From Thermoanaerobaculia bacterium (lineage in GTDB: Bacteria > Acidobacteriota > Thermoanaerobaculia > Multivoradales > JAHEKO01): a stretch of DNA of 64,000 nucleotides. Each line of letters starts with the position of its first letter. The first letter of the stretch is position 1. The translations under genes and the position numbers were made by a program. Under the pieces are notes generated by a model. The model searched no databases. It was not told the DNA's origin and saw only the letters and a program-made list of their open reading frames with translations. Shown here piece by piece: positions 8,819 to 18,397 of this stretch. The stretch covers positions 7,807-71,806 of the forward strand of contig CAMYLC010000183.1 of the NCBI GenBank assembly GCA_947259195.1. The letters run 5' to 3'.

Positions 8819-10435
8819 CTAGTCCTTCTCATCTCCTTCCATCGCGCCTTCGGGTGGTCTCTGGGGCAGGGGCTTGCGCGGCAGCAGCTCGTCGCGCATG
8901 GCGGCGTGATAGGCGAAGGAGGCTATGACCACGGAGGCCTGTACGAGGTCCTCGCGCTGAGCGTGGTCGAAGACATCCCAGTTGGAGTGGTGGGTGCGAG
9001 TGTAGTAGTCGAGGTCATCCTGGATGAACTGGAAGCCGGGTAGACCGACGGCGTCGAAAGCAACGTGGTCAGTGCCGCCGGTGTTGCGGTTGGTAACGGT
9101 ATCGGCGCCCATGTCACGAAAGGGCTTGAGCCACTCTTCGAACACTTGCGCCACCGCCGCGTTGCCCTGGGTATAGATGCCGCGAATCTTGCCACTACCG
9201 TTGTCGAGGTTGAAGTACCCCGAGAGCTTGGCGTGATCGGGCTTGGGGGTGATGGGCCAGCCAAGTGTCCGCAGGTGAGCCGGGAACTCCTGTTGGTCGG
9301 GGATCTTGGAGTCGGGTCGGGAGGCGTAGTGTTTCTCGACGTGGGCACGAGACCCCAGAAGACCCTGCTCTTCACCGGCCCAAAGCCCGACCCGAATGGT
9401 GCGACGTGGCCTTACGCCCAGGGCTGTCAGGATTCTCACCGCTTCCATGACCACGGCTGTACCGGTGCCGTTGTCATTCGATCCGGTGCCTGGATGCCAG
9501 GAATCGAGATGGGCTCCCAACAGGACTACTTCGTCTGCTTTGTCAGTTCCCGGAATCTCGGCAATCGTGTTGTAGACCATGAGGCTGTCGTCGTAGAACT
9601 GAGCCTCGATGTCGATCTCGAGCTCGACGTCTTGTTCCTCTTCCAGCAGCCGCAGTATCCAGTTGTACTGCTCGGTGGCCATCGCGATCGTCGGTAGGCC
9701 GACACTTGCACCCGGCTCTCTAGAGCCCGCGCTGCCGAGGCGCAGCGTGCCGCCGTCACGCGAGCTGATGTCCACCACGGCAACCGCGCCTTCCTTGATC
9801 AGGAACTCGTTCAACGCTCGACGCAGCTGCAGTTGTTCTCTGGCTTCCTCGAGCCATTTCTCGACTTGGCCGGAGGGAAAGCTGAAGAGTTCCATCTCCT
9901 CGAGCTCGGTTGGGGAGAGGCGAGCAAAATCGGCCTGCTCTGGAGCCGTGATCTCCCGGCTGTCGCTGACGAAGAGGACCTTGCCCTGCAGCCCGCCACG
10001 ATACTGATCGAGGTCAACCTCCGTTTCGATTGTTGCTTTGAACGCTCGGCCGCGAACCGGGCCGCTGGTTCCCGGGGTCCACGCTTTGGGCAGAGCCGTC
10101 AACGGAGTCTGCCGAGGCTGGATCATGTGTACCGCGGAGCGACTAAAGGACCAGCCACGTCCGAAAGGGCCCCACTCCTCCAGGTGACCATTCTTCAGAC
10201 CCCATTCTAGTAGTGTCTGGAGCGTCCACTCGTTGGCCTCCACGAGAGCCGGGGAGCCGGTCAGCCGGGGACCGATCCGGTCGGTAAGGTACCGCAGCGT
10301 GTCCATGACCTGCGAGCGGTTGATCCCCTCGTCGCGGATTCGGTTGACCATCTCCCAATCGATGGGCTCGTCAGCCCACAAGGTGCGGGCCAGCAGAAGG
10401 ATGGTGCCGGCGAGAAGAGTGGTGCTTCGTCGCAT
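8819..10435 (-). CDS. M28 family metallo-aminopeptidase with PA domain, secreted.
   Basis: Zn-ligand regions HLDSW, NDNGTG and EEQGLLGS. Signal peptide. ATG 10435 is preceded by GGGAGAA. Same strand as GT39, 42 bp upstream of it. Confidence 0.85.
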   Translation of the reverse strand: MRRSTTLLAGTILLLARTLWADEPIDWEMVNRIRDEGINRSQVMDTLRYLTDRIGPRLTGSPALVEANEWTLQTLLEWGLKNGHLEEWGPFGRGWSFSRSAVHMIQPRQTPLTALPKAWTPGTSGPVRGRAFKATIETEVDLDQYRGGLQGKVLFVSDSREITAPEQADFARLSPTELEEMELFSFPSGQVEKWLEEAREQLQLRRALNEFLIKEGAVAVVDISSRDGGTLRLGSAGSREPGASVGLPTIAMATEQYNWILRLLEEEQDVELEIDIEAQFYDDSLMVYNTIAEIPGTDKADEVVLLGAHLDSWHPGTGSNDNGTGTAVVMEAVRILTALGVRPRRTIRVGLWAGEEQGLLGSRAHVEKHYASRPDSKIPDQQEFPAHLRTLGWPITPKPDHAKLSGYFNLDNGSGKIRGIYTQGNAAVAQVFEEWLKPFRDMGADTVTNRNTGGTDHVAFDAVGLPGFQFIQDDLDYYTRTHHSNWDVFDHAQREDLVQASVVIASFAYHAAMRDELLPRKPLPQRPPEGAMEGDEKD

Positions 10436-10681
10436 TGTAGTTCTCCCAATCAAGCACCCACATAATGCATGAGGGTTTCAAGTGGCGGCGCGGGGTCGTA
10501 CGGGTCGCGACGACTACGGGCGGCAGTCTACCTCACTGATTCGGACTCGAAGAGGGTTCCGAACGACGTTCGGGAGCACCGCGGACAAGCAGACGAAACC
10601 GGGGTAAAACGATAGAATCACTACCTCGGGACGAGCCGTAGTTCAGCATTGAATTCAAAACTTCCAAGCGAGGGGCAGACA

Positions 10682-11455
10682 ATGGTCATTTCTCTGGTCA
10701 ATGTGAAGGGTGGCGTCGGAAAGACCACCACCGCGGTCAATCTGGGAGCGGGATTCGCCGGCAGCGGACTTCGGGTTCTGTTGGTCGATCTCGACCCTCA
10801 GGGCTCGGCCAGCTACTCACTCGGCGTCGACACCGACCAAGCGGACTTCTCGAGCGTAGATCTCCTGGTCGGGGAGCAGCCGATCAGCGATGTGATCGTG
10901 GGAACCGGCGTGGAAGGCCTCGACCTCATTCCCGGATCCATGAAGTTGGCCGGGGCCGATCTCGCTCTGGCGAGAAAGATGCACCCCGAGCAGCGGTTGA
11001 AGAGGGCGTTGAAGCCCCTGCGGCGTCGGTATGACTTCATCCTCGTCGACTGCCCTCCCGGCCTGTCGATTCTCACCGTCAACGGGCTGGTGGCGGCGGA
11101 CTTCTACATCCTTCCTGTGGTGCCTCACGACCTGGACATGGAGGCGATGAATCACTTCTTCATGGGCCTCGAGACCCTTGGCCGCAGTGTGCGCGGGCTT
11201 CCCGACCTTCTGGGAGTTCTGCTGACGATGGTGGATCACCGCACTTCGGTGACCGACGCTGTCGTCGAAGCCATTCGAAGAGCGCTGGGCAGGGAGGTCT
11301 TTCAGACGGAGATTCCCATAAACGTCCGTCTCGCCGAGGCTCCAGGGTACGGTATCTCCATCTATGGCTACGAGGGATGGTCGTCGGGAGCGAAGGCTTA
11401 TAGCCAACTGGGCGGGGAGGTCATACGCCGTTTGCGGAAGAAGGGCGCGATCTAA
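10682..11455 (+). CDS. ParA/MinD-family P-loop ATPase (orphan, no parB nearby).
   Basis: Deviant Walker A KGGVGKTT. Soj/ParA-like throughout. SD GAGGGG before ATG 10682. Confidence 0.85.
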   Translation: MVISLVNVKGGVGKTTTAVNLGAGFAGSGLRVLLVDLDPQGSASYSLGVDTDQADFSSVDLLVGEQPISDVIVGTGVEGLDLIPGSMKLAGADLALARKMHPEQRLKRALKPLRRRYDFILVDCPPGLSILTVNGLVAADFYILPVVPHDLDMEAMNHFFMGLETLGRSVRGLPDLLGVLLTMVDHRTSVTDAVVEAIRRALGREVFQTEIPINVRLAEAPGYGISIYGYEGWSSGAKAYSQLGGEVIRRLRKKGAI

Positions 11456-11553
11456 GCGTCGAGATTCCGCATCGTTCGATACGGAATCTCTACTGATCCT
11501 AGGACTCGGGTCCTGAGTCGGATGGCAACCAGACTCTGCGAAAGAGTTGGCAA

Positions 11554-11955
11554 TCAGGAAAGCAGCAGTTCTTGCTTCTCCAGTTGGTGTATCCACTCGT
11601 CGATGGCCTCGGCCATGTCGGCGGGTAGGTCGAGAAAGCGCAGCCCCATTCCCGGGTCGTATTGACTCTCACGCGAGTAAGGACGCTGCCAGACAACTTC
11701 GCAGTGGCACTTGGCGATTCGATTGATCGGCTCGGGTAGCGAGAACTCGACCCAGAATTGGCTGCCGGGCTCGCGCGGGTTGATGGTGCCGATCATCATG
11801 CCGCTCTTGCTCAGGTCCTTGGCGTAACCGAAGAAGCTCTTGTGTTCATCGGTAACCTCTGCCTGCAGAACCATGATGGGGGCACGCAGTGCCTGTCGTG
11901 AATCGGCAGGAGGGAGCTCCTCGGACTTGCGCGTCGGCTCTTCCAAAATCATCAA
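11554..11955 (-). CDS. Single-domain PilZ protein (c-di-GMP-binding type).
   Basis: RxxxR (RQALR) and DxSxxG (DLSKSGM) motifs present. Confidence 0.7.
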   Translation of the reverse strand: MMILEEPTRKSEELPPADSRQALRAPIMVLQAEVTDEHKSFFGYAKDLSKSGMMIGTINPREPGSQFWVEFSLPEPINRIAKCHCEVVWQRPYSRESQYDPGMGLRFLDLPADMAEAIDEWIHQLEKQELLLS

Positions 11956-12062
11956 CCACCTCGTAGGATCTGGCAGTGCAAAGTGCCGTCAGCTAGTCCC
12001 TAGTGTGAGCAGCGGTCCACTACCTGACAATGAAATAGCTCACTTGCGTCGTCGGGGGAGAA

Positions 12063-12464
12063 ATGAGGCTAAGTCGAAACGTCGTGTGTAATCTCGGACA
12101 GCGGTCGATTGCATTGACGTCCTGTCTCCTCTTCGGTCTCCTTTTCGGGACCTTCCTCTTCGGGCTCGGGTGCAGCAAAGTGCTACCGAAGAGGTCGGCA
12201 GGGGAGAAGCTCTACCGCGAGTACTGCGCGGACTGCCATGGGCTCGACGGTGGTGGCCACACCATCAGGTATATGGGGAACCCCAACGCGGATCTCACGG
12301 ACAGCTTCTGGAAGTATGGTGGGGGGGACAATGTAGCGATTCAGGAGACGTTGCGCCAGGGTCTGGTGGAGCTCCACCCTGCATCCATTCAAAGACTCGA
12401 TGGCAAGCAGATCAAGCAGCTTGTCGACTGGGTCCTGAAGCTGCGAGGCGAGGTCAGCCCTTAG
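12063..12464 (+). CDS. Class I c-type cytochrome (single heme), probably a lipoprotein.
   Basis: CADCHG heme-binding motif. N-terminal hydrophobic region with LGC lipobox. SD GGGGGAGAA. Confidence 0.7.
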   Translation: MRLSRNVVCNLGQRSIALTSCLLFGLLFGTFLFGLGCSKVLPKRSAGEKLYREYCADCHGLDGGGHTIRYMGNPNADLTDSFWKYGGGDNVAIQETLRQGLVELHPASIQRLDGKQIKQLVDWVLKLRGEVSP

Positions 12465-12513
12465 CCCCCGTGGGCCACTGGTCCGGGTTTGCGGAGTCGA
12501 AGAAGGGCGAGTC

Positions 12514-13785
12514 TCAAGGCCATTCGGCCGTGTTGCCCGACTCGAATCCGTCCGCAAAGATGGAGCTGACGCTGATGAAACGGAGAATCGTTCCCCCGAG
12601 GTCCACCAGATAGAGCTCGCCGGACTCGTCTTCTCCGAAGGCGCTGATGGAATGGGATGTGGTGCGCCATAGGGACTTGGTCCACCTGCCATCCGACATC
12701 TGGGAGCCGAACCAGATACGCCCGCTGCAGTAGTCGCCGAAGATGTAAGTGCCTGCCAGGCCGGCGATCGACTGCCCACGATAGCGATAGCCACCCGTCA
12801 CCGAGCAGCCCAGAGAATGGGCGTACTCGAGGATGGGAAAGTCGTACAGGTGCGCTGCACCGCAGAGGGGTGACGGATCGTTGGGGTTGGCAGTACCCGC
12901 CTCGAAGCAGTCCCAGCCCCAGTTCATGCCGCCCGCACTGGGCCAGGGCTCCAAGTCGATTTCCTCGATGGCGTTCTGACCCACGTCGCCGATGAACATG
13001 TCGCCCGTGTAGCGGTCGAAGCTCCAGCGCCAGGGATTGCGCAGACCCAGCCCCCAGATCTCGTCGCAATCACCAGAGCCACCTACGTAGGGGTTGTCGG
13101 GTGGAATCCCGTAGGCCGCTTCCAGGCCACAGAGGTCGTTGGGCTCGGCGGGCGGTGTGCTATCGACATCAATGCGAAGCATCTTTCCCAGCAGTGTGCC
13201 GGGATCTTGAGAGCGGTCGTTCGGATCATTCCCCGAGCCTCCATCGCCCATGCCAATGTAGAGGTAGCCGTCGGGTCCGAACAAGATGTTGCCGCCGTTG
13301 TGATTGCTGAAGTCCTGCTCGATCTCGAGGAGGATGGTGGCGGAGGCAGGATCCGCAAGATCTGGATCGCCAGCTGACACAGAGTAGCGGGCGACGATTG
13401 TGCGGTCTTTTGCTGTCGGAGGATTGTGGGTGTAGTTGACGAAGAAGTAGCCGTTGTTGGCGAAGTCGGGGTGGAAGGCGAGTCCGAGGAGCCCTTCCTC
13501 GTTGGCGGCGTCCTGGACGAGATCTTCGATATCCAGGAAGGGGTCGGCCAGTACCTGTCCCCCTTTCAAGACCCGGATCTTGCCTGCCTGCTCGACGACA
13601 AAGAGGCGTCCAGAGCCATCTCCGGAATGGCGAATGGCGACGGGTCGAACAAGGCCGCTGGCGATCGTCTCCAGGTCGAGGTCGTCTGGGGCGTCGGCAT
13701 GCAGGGCCTCAGGAGCGAAGACGACCGCCAGAGACCAGAGCAGGCGATTTAGCAACGTAAGAGATGGCGATATTCGACAGGTCAT
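12514..13785 (-). CDS. PQQ-dependent soluble sugar (glucose/sorbosone) dehydrogenase family beta-propeller.
   Basis: GSDH-family motifs (GLLGLAFHPDF, NHNGGNILFGPDGYLYIGMGDGG). ATG at 13785 with GGAG SD and signal peptide. The ORF-track start 14223 is an upstream extension. Confidence 0.85.
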   Translation of the reverse strand: MTCRISPSLTLLNRLLWSLAVVFAPEALHADAPDDLDLETIASGLVRPVAIRHSGDGSGRLFVVEQAGKIRVLKGGQVLADPFLDIEDLVQDAANEEGLLGLAFHPDFANNGYFFVNYTHNPPTAKDRTIVARYSVSAGDPDLADPASATILLEIEQDFSNHNGGNILFGPDGYLYIGMGDGGSGNDPNDRSQDPGTLLGKMLRIDVDSTPPAEPNDLCGLEAAYGIPPDNPYVGGSGDCDEIWGLGLRNPWRWSFDRYTGDMFIGDVGQNAIEEIDLEPWPSAGGMNWGWDCFEAGTANPNDPSPLCGAAHLYDFPILEYAHSLGCSVTGGYRYRGQSIAGLAGTYIFGDYCSGRIWFGSQMSDGRWTKSLWRTTSHSISAFGEDESGELYLVDLGGTILRFISVSSIFADGFESGNTAEWP

Positions 13786-14035
13786 TTCTCGGCTCCCGGC
13801 AAGTCGACGATTCGAGTTTCGCGGGGCGGTGCGAGCCTGGAGGTGCAGCCGAAGCCGGGACCATAGCACCAATACGGCTGGATCGTCAGTTAGGGGCTTC
13901 ACGCAAGTGTTGAGCGACTCCCCACCCCTAGGAGTGGGTACCGACCCATCAGATCGGGTGTTGTTTCGGAGTCTCGTACCTTCGAGGATTGAAGAACCCA
14001 CAGTGAGCCAGCGAGAGTGGGCGAGGGAGAGACGA

Positions 14036-15130
14036 ATGAGGCGGTGCGACAGATCCGGAATCTCGACTATTGTGGCGTGGGCCGTGTTCGTCTCCTTGGT
14101 CTGCAGCGCAGTCCTGCAGGCGGAATGGAAGATCGAGTCGGCCGATGGCGACACCTCCATCAAGTTCGGCTTTCTGATGCAGGCGCGAGGTGAGATCCAG
14201 GACAGGATCGACGGCGATAGCACCAGTCAGGATCTCTACTTCCGTCGTCTGAGGATTCTCTTCGGCGGCAACATTTCGAAGAAATGGAGCTTTTTCTTCG
14301 AGACCGACAGCCCCAACCTGGGCAAGGGCACCGAGTCAGGTGACAAGGTCGCGGCCGATATCTATATCCAGGACTTCTTCGTCACCTACAACCACAGCAA
14401 CGCATTCAAGGTCGATGTCGGAGCGATCCTCATTCCCTTGTCGCACAACTCCCAACAGTCAGCGGCGACCTTGCTGCCTGCAGACTACGCGGTTTACTCC
14501 TTCCTCAACTCCGGCCCGACTGATTCCAGGGTCGGCCGAGACTACGGTGTCCAGCTGCGGGGCTTCCTGGCCAATGACCACTTCGAGTATCGGGCAGGCG
14601 TCTATCAGGGCGAGCGGGGCGAGACTTCGGAGAACGGGTTCCGCTACGTTGGGCGGGTTGTTTTCTACCCCTTCGAAGCCGACAAGGGCTTCTATTACGC
14701 CGGCACCACTCTGGGGAAGAAGCGCATCCTGGCGCTGGGGGCGGGCATCGATCACCAGGAGAGCTACGACGCCTATGCACTGGACCTGTTCTACGACCAA
14801 CCCGTCGGGAATGGCAATGGGCTCACCCTGCAGCTGGGTGGAATTCGCTACGATGGCGGGGAGATCTTTCCCGAGCTTTCCTTGAAGGAAACTCTTCAGG
14901 TGGAGGCAGGTTTCTACTGGGACCGATTCAAGATCCAGCCGTTCGTCACCTACTACGCCCTCGACAGGGACGAAGAGGAGCTCGACGACCAGAACCGCCT
15001 GGGTGCGGGGCTCGGCTACTACATGAAGGGCTTCAATCGAAGCCTGAAGCTCTCCTACACGGATATCAGGACCGACAACCAACCCAGTCGCAGTCAGTGG
15101 CTGCTGCAGCTACAGATCTTCATGTTCTGA
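14036..15130 (+). CDS. Outer-membrane beta-barrel porin (phosphate-selective porin O/P-like).
   Basis: Signal peptide MRRCDRSGISTIVAWAVFVSLVCSAVLQA. Alternating beta-strand pattern. C-terminal ...LQIFMF. ATG 14036 with GGGAGAG SD. The ORF-track start 13454 (TTG) overlaps the divergent gene. Confidence 0.6.
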   Translation: MRRCDRSGISTIVAWAVFVSLVCSAVLQAEWKIESADGDTSIKFGFLMQARGEIQDRIDGDSTSQDLYFRRLRILFGGNISKKWSFFFETDSPNLGKGTESGDKVAADIYIQDFFVTYNHSNAFKVDVGAILIPLSHNSQQSAATLLPADYAVYSFLNSGPTDSRVGRDYGVQLRGFLANDHFEYRAGVYQGERGETSENGFRYVGRVVFYPFEADKGFYYAGTTLGKKRILALGAGIDHQESYDAYALDLFYDQPVGNGNGLTLQLGGIRYDGGEIFPELSLKETLQVEAGFYWDRFKIQPFVTYYALDRDEEELDDQNRLGAGLGYYMKGFNRSLKLSYTDIRTDNQPSRSQWLLQLQIFMF

Positions 15131-15257
15131 TTGGGGAAGCGGCTTTCGCAGGTTCGGCAGAACGGGCTTTGGGAAATCTCTGAAAAGGTAAACTAGCGCG
15201 CCAGACGCCGAGATCGCTCAGCGACTGGCGCTGTCTGCTCCCCGCCTGGACCCTCCG

Positions 15258-16538
15258 ATGCCGGCTCAAAGATTCCGTCTACCCTCGACCGACTCCGAAG
15301 TAACGCCGAGACCAGGCGCCGGCTATTGGTTCTACGCCCTCCACCTCGCCACGATCTGGGGCCTGGCGCTATCGAATGCGCTTCAGGGTCTGGCGCTGTT
15401 GTGGGTGATGATCCGCTGGCAGCGAGTGCGGCCCTCCTCCGAGACGTTCTATGCGACGGGAATGGACCGACTGCTCAAGCCATTCGCCCTCTATTCGGCT
15501 GTGTTCGTGGTGTCGGTGCTGACCTCGTACAAGGTGCCGGAGAGTGCCTGGCACCTGCGAGGTTTGATCGGGCTCACGACGCTGCCCCTGGCTTTCCTGC
15601 TGGTACGGGGGGAGCGGCAGGTCCGGCTACTGTTCGATATCTTGATCTGGGTCACCCTTGGTCTGGCGATCCTGGGTATCGGTCAGTATCTGCTGACCGA
15701 CTATGGCGGTCTGGACAACCGAATTCCGGGAGCCTTCTCCCACTACATGACCTATTCGGGGATCCTGCTGGTCGGCAGCTGCCTGGTTCTGGCGCGGATC
15801 GTGGCCGCGACTGCGAACACGCAGTTGCGGCTATGGCTGATCCTGATCCCGATCCTTGTAGCCATGGTCCTCACGCTAACCCGCCATGCGTGGCTCGCCG
15901 CATTCATGGTCTTGACGATCGCCTGGCTGCTCAGATTCCGCCGATTGCTGTGGGTCTACGTGGCTAGCGTTCTCCTGCTTCTCGCGTTTACCGCCAGCGT
16001 CGCGCCCGAGCATTGGTCGCGCTTCCGCTCGATAGCCAGCCTCGAGGATCCGTCGAATTACGACCGCTTGTGTATGGCCTATGCTGGGGTGAACATGATC
16101 GAGGATGCTCCGCTGTTTGGAATCGGCCCAGGGATGGTGGAGTACTACTACCCGATCTACAGACACCCCACCTCGACTCGCTCGCACGTGATGCACCTGC
16201 ACAACACGCTGATGCAGTTGGGAGCCGAGCGAGGTCTGCTGACAGTGGCGGCCTATCTTTGGCTGATGGTTGCGGCGGCGATTCTGAGTTATCGGGGGCT
16301 GAAGAGAGATGGAGGTCTCTCAGGGCCCAGAGCGGATCTCTATTTGGGAACACTGCTGACATTGATCGCGTTCAACTTCGCGGGCATCTTCGAGGCGAAT
16401 TGGCGCGACACCGAGGTCCAACGGTGGATGCTCTTTCTGCTTGCCGTGCCCTGTTGCCTGCCTCGAATCCGCAGACATGAGACTGTCGACGAGGCCTCTG
16501 CCTCGAAGGGCCCTGCTGGTGGTTCGCCAGAGATTTGA
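15258..16538 (+). CDS. O-antigen ligase / Wzy_C family polytopic membrane protein.
   Basis: About 10 TM helices with a Wzy_C-like periplasmic loop. Confidence 0.65.
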   Translation: MPAQRFRLPSTDSEVTPRPGAGYWFYALHLATIWGLALSNALQGLALLWVMIRWQRVRPSSETFYATGMDRLLKPFALYSAVFVVSVLTSYKVPESAWHLRGLIGLTTLPLAFLLVRGERQVRLLFDILIWVTLGLAILGIGQYLLTDYGGLDNRIPGAFSHYMTYSGILLVGSCLVLARIVAATANTQLRLWLILIPILVAMVLTLTRHAWLAAFMVLTIAWLLRFRRLLWVYVASVLLLLAFTASVAPEHWSRFRSIASLEDPSNYDRLCMAYAGVNMIEDAPLFGIGPGMVEYYYPIYRHPTSTRSHVMHLHNTLMQLGAERGLLTVAAYLWLMVAAAILSYRGLKRDGGLSGPRADLYLGTLLTLIAFNFAGIFEANWRDTEVQRWMLFLLAVPCCLPRIRRHETVDEASASKGPAGGSPEI

Positions 16539-16553
16539 ATGCGTCCCAGGCCA

Positions 16554-18302
16554 TCAAAACCGAGCGTTGCTCTGCTCGAGCCAGCGGTCGAGAAACAGCA
16601 GCGTCCAGGTCTGCTCGTTGGTGAAGCTGAAGATCCGTGGACGCCGGATGATCTCGCGCTCGGCGAGGCGATCGAGTGCCGAGGTGAGGAACTCGGGTTG
16701 GTGCCGCACCCAGTCCGCGACCGGTAGATTGAAGCCTCTCTTGGGTCGATCGAAGATCCCTGGCGGTATCCGGTCGTCCATCAACCGCCTCACGATGAGC
16801 TTGCCTCGATTGCCCTCGACGTCCCGCAGCAGGCGGGTATCCAGCGAGAGAGCGAACTCCACCAGTCGGTGGTCGAGAAGAGGAGGCCGAACCTCCAGGG
16901 AGTGAGCCATGCTGGACCGATCGACCTTGGTGAGCAGGTCGCCCGGCAGGTAGGTGTGGAGGTCTGCCCATTGCATCCTTTTCAGCGGCTCGAGATCCTC
17001 CCGCCAGAAACGGCGGTAGTGCCACAGGTCATCGTAATCAGCGACCTCGAGAGCGGGCCCAAGCAGTGCCTGGCGCTGCTGTGATGTAAAGGGTCCCGCG
17101 AAGGCCGCATAGCGCTCCAAGCCGGTGGCGGTCCGACGCTGAGCCGATCTAGCGCCCCGGGACAGAGGCGGCAGGAGGGACGCCATCGCCCTGGTGACGA
17201 TGGTCGAGCGGTCGGTCAACCACTTGCTGTACCAGTGATAGCCACAGAAAAGCTCGTCCCCCCCTTCGCCGGTAAGAGCCACGACCGCGTAACGGCGAGC
17301 GAGGCGTGACACGAGATACGTGGCCCAGGCACCGGAATCGCCGAAGGGCTCGTCAAAAACACCCGGCATGATGTCCAGAGCCTCGTTCAGGTCGACGGCA
17401 GAGGCCTGTTCTTCATGATGCAGCGTGCCGAAGTGATTGGCGATGAGTCGAGCCACAGGGGCCTCGTCCCGGCGCTTGATGTCCATTGCAAGGGTCACGG
17501 TGGTGGGTCTGTCCAGCTGGGCTACGACGGTCGTGGAGTCGATGCCGCCGCTCAAGAAGACCGCTACCGGAACATCTGAAATGGTGTGTTCGGGGACGAC
17601 CTTTTCAAGCAGATCGTCGAGGCGCGGAACCGCTTCTGAGAAATCTGTGATGACCGTCTCAGTCGAGGGGCTCCAGTACCGTTGGATCCGGAGGCTGCCA
17701 TCCCACGCCAGGTGGTGGCCCGGCGGCAATCTGCAAATCCCGGAGTAGACCGTCTTGGGTTCGGGAATGTACTTGTAGGTGAGGTAGTCGCGCAGCGCCG
17801 TCTGGTCGATGGGAGGCTGACCGAGCTCCAAGAGGGCCTTGATCTCAGACGAGAACGCCAGGCCACCCGGGAACTGGCGATAGAAGAAAGGCTTGATTCC
17901 AAGACGGTCGCGAGCAGCGAATAGACGCTGGTGCCGTGAATCCCAAACGGCAAAGGAGAACATCCCCTGAAGTTGATCGAGACAGCGCGCTCCGTCGCGG
18001 GCGTAGAGGTGCAGGAGAACCTCGGTATCTCCGGCGGAGTGAAGCGGACCTTCCAGTCGACGCCGCAACTCACTGAAGTTGTAGATCTCTCCGTTGTAGG
18101 TGATCGTGTAGTCACCGTAGGTCATCGGTTGGTTGCCGGCCGTCGACAGGTCGAGAATGGCCAGTCGGGTATGTCCTAGATGCGCCCGGGAAGCTCGCCA
18201 GACCTCCTGGTGGTCTGGACCCCTGTGGGTCAGGCGCCCGGTCATCCGCTCGATGATCTCGGGCTCGGGGGTGCTACCGACGATGCCTACGATGCCGCAC
18301 AT
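16554..18302 (-). CDS. asnB: Asparagine synthase (glutamine-hydrolysing) family amidotransferase.
   Basis: N-terminal MCGIVGIVG (class II glutamine amidotransferase Cys2). PP-loop SGGIDS. ATG at 18302. Confidence 0.85.
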   Translation of the reverse strand: MCGIVGIVGSTPEPEIIERMTGRLTHRGPDHQEVWRASRAHLGHTRLAILDLSTAGNQPMTYGDYTITYNGEIYNFSELRRRLEGPLHSAGDTEVLLHLYARDGARCLDQLQGMFSFAVWDSRHQRLFAARDRLGIKPFFYRQFPGGLAFSSEIKALLELGQPPIDQTALRDYLTYKYIPEPKTVYSGICRLPPGHHLAWDGSLRIQRYWSPSTETVITDFSEAVPRLDDLLEKVVPEHTISDVPVAVFLSGGIDSTTVVAQLDRPTTVTLAMDIKRRDEAPVARLIANHFGTLHHEEQASAVDLNEALDIMPGVFDEPFGDSGAWATYLVSRLARRYAVVALTGEGGDELFCGYHWYSKWLTDRSTIVTRAMASLLPPLSRGARSAQRRTATGLERYAAFAGPFTSQQRQALLGPALEVADYDDLWHYRRFWREDLEPLKRMQWADLHTYLPGDLLTKVDRSSMAHSLEVRPPLLDHRLVEFALSLDTRLLRDVEGNRGKLIVRRLMDDRIPPGIFDRPKRGFNLPVADWVRHQPEFLTSALDRLAEREIIRRPRIFSFTNEQTWTLLFLDRWLEQSNARF

Positions 18303-18397
18303 CAAGCCACTCTAGTAGAGTTGGGATCACGTCTCAAAGCTTGCCTGCGGTGTCGGAGGCCGCAGCAAGGAGTTCCGGGCTGCTGTCGAAGAAACCA

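Noticed and set aside
13454-14035. 5' extension of the porin ORF (TTG start at 13454).
   Set aside because: It overlaps the divergent dehydrogenase gene. The internal ATG 14036 has a GGGAGAG SD and starts a proper signal peptide.
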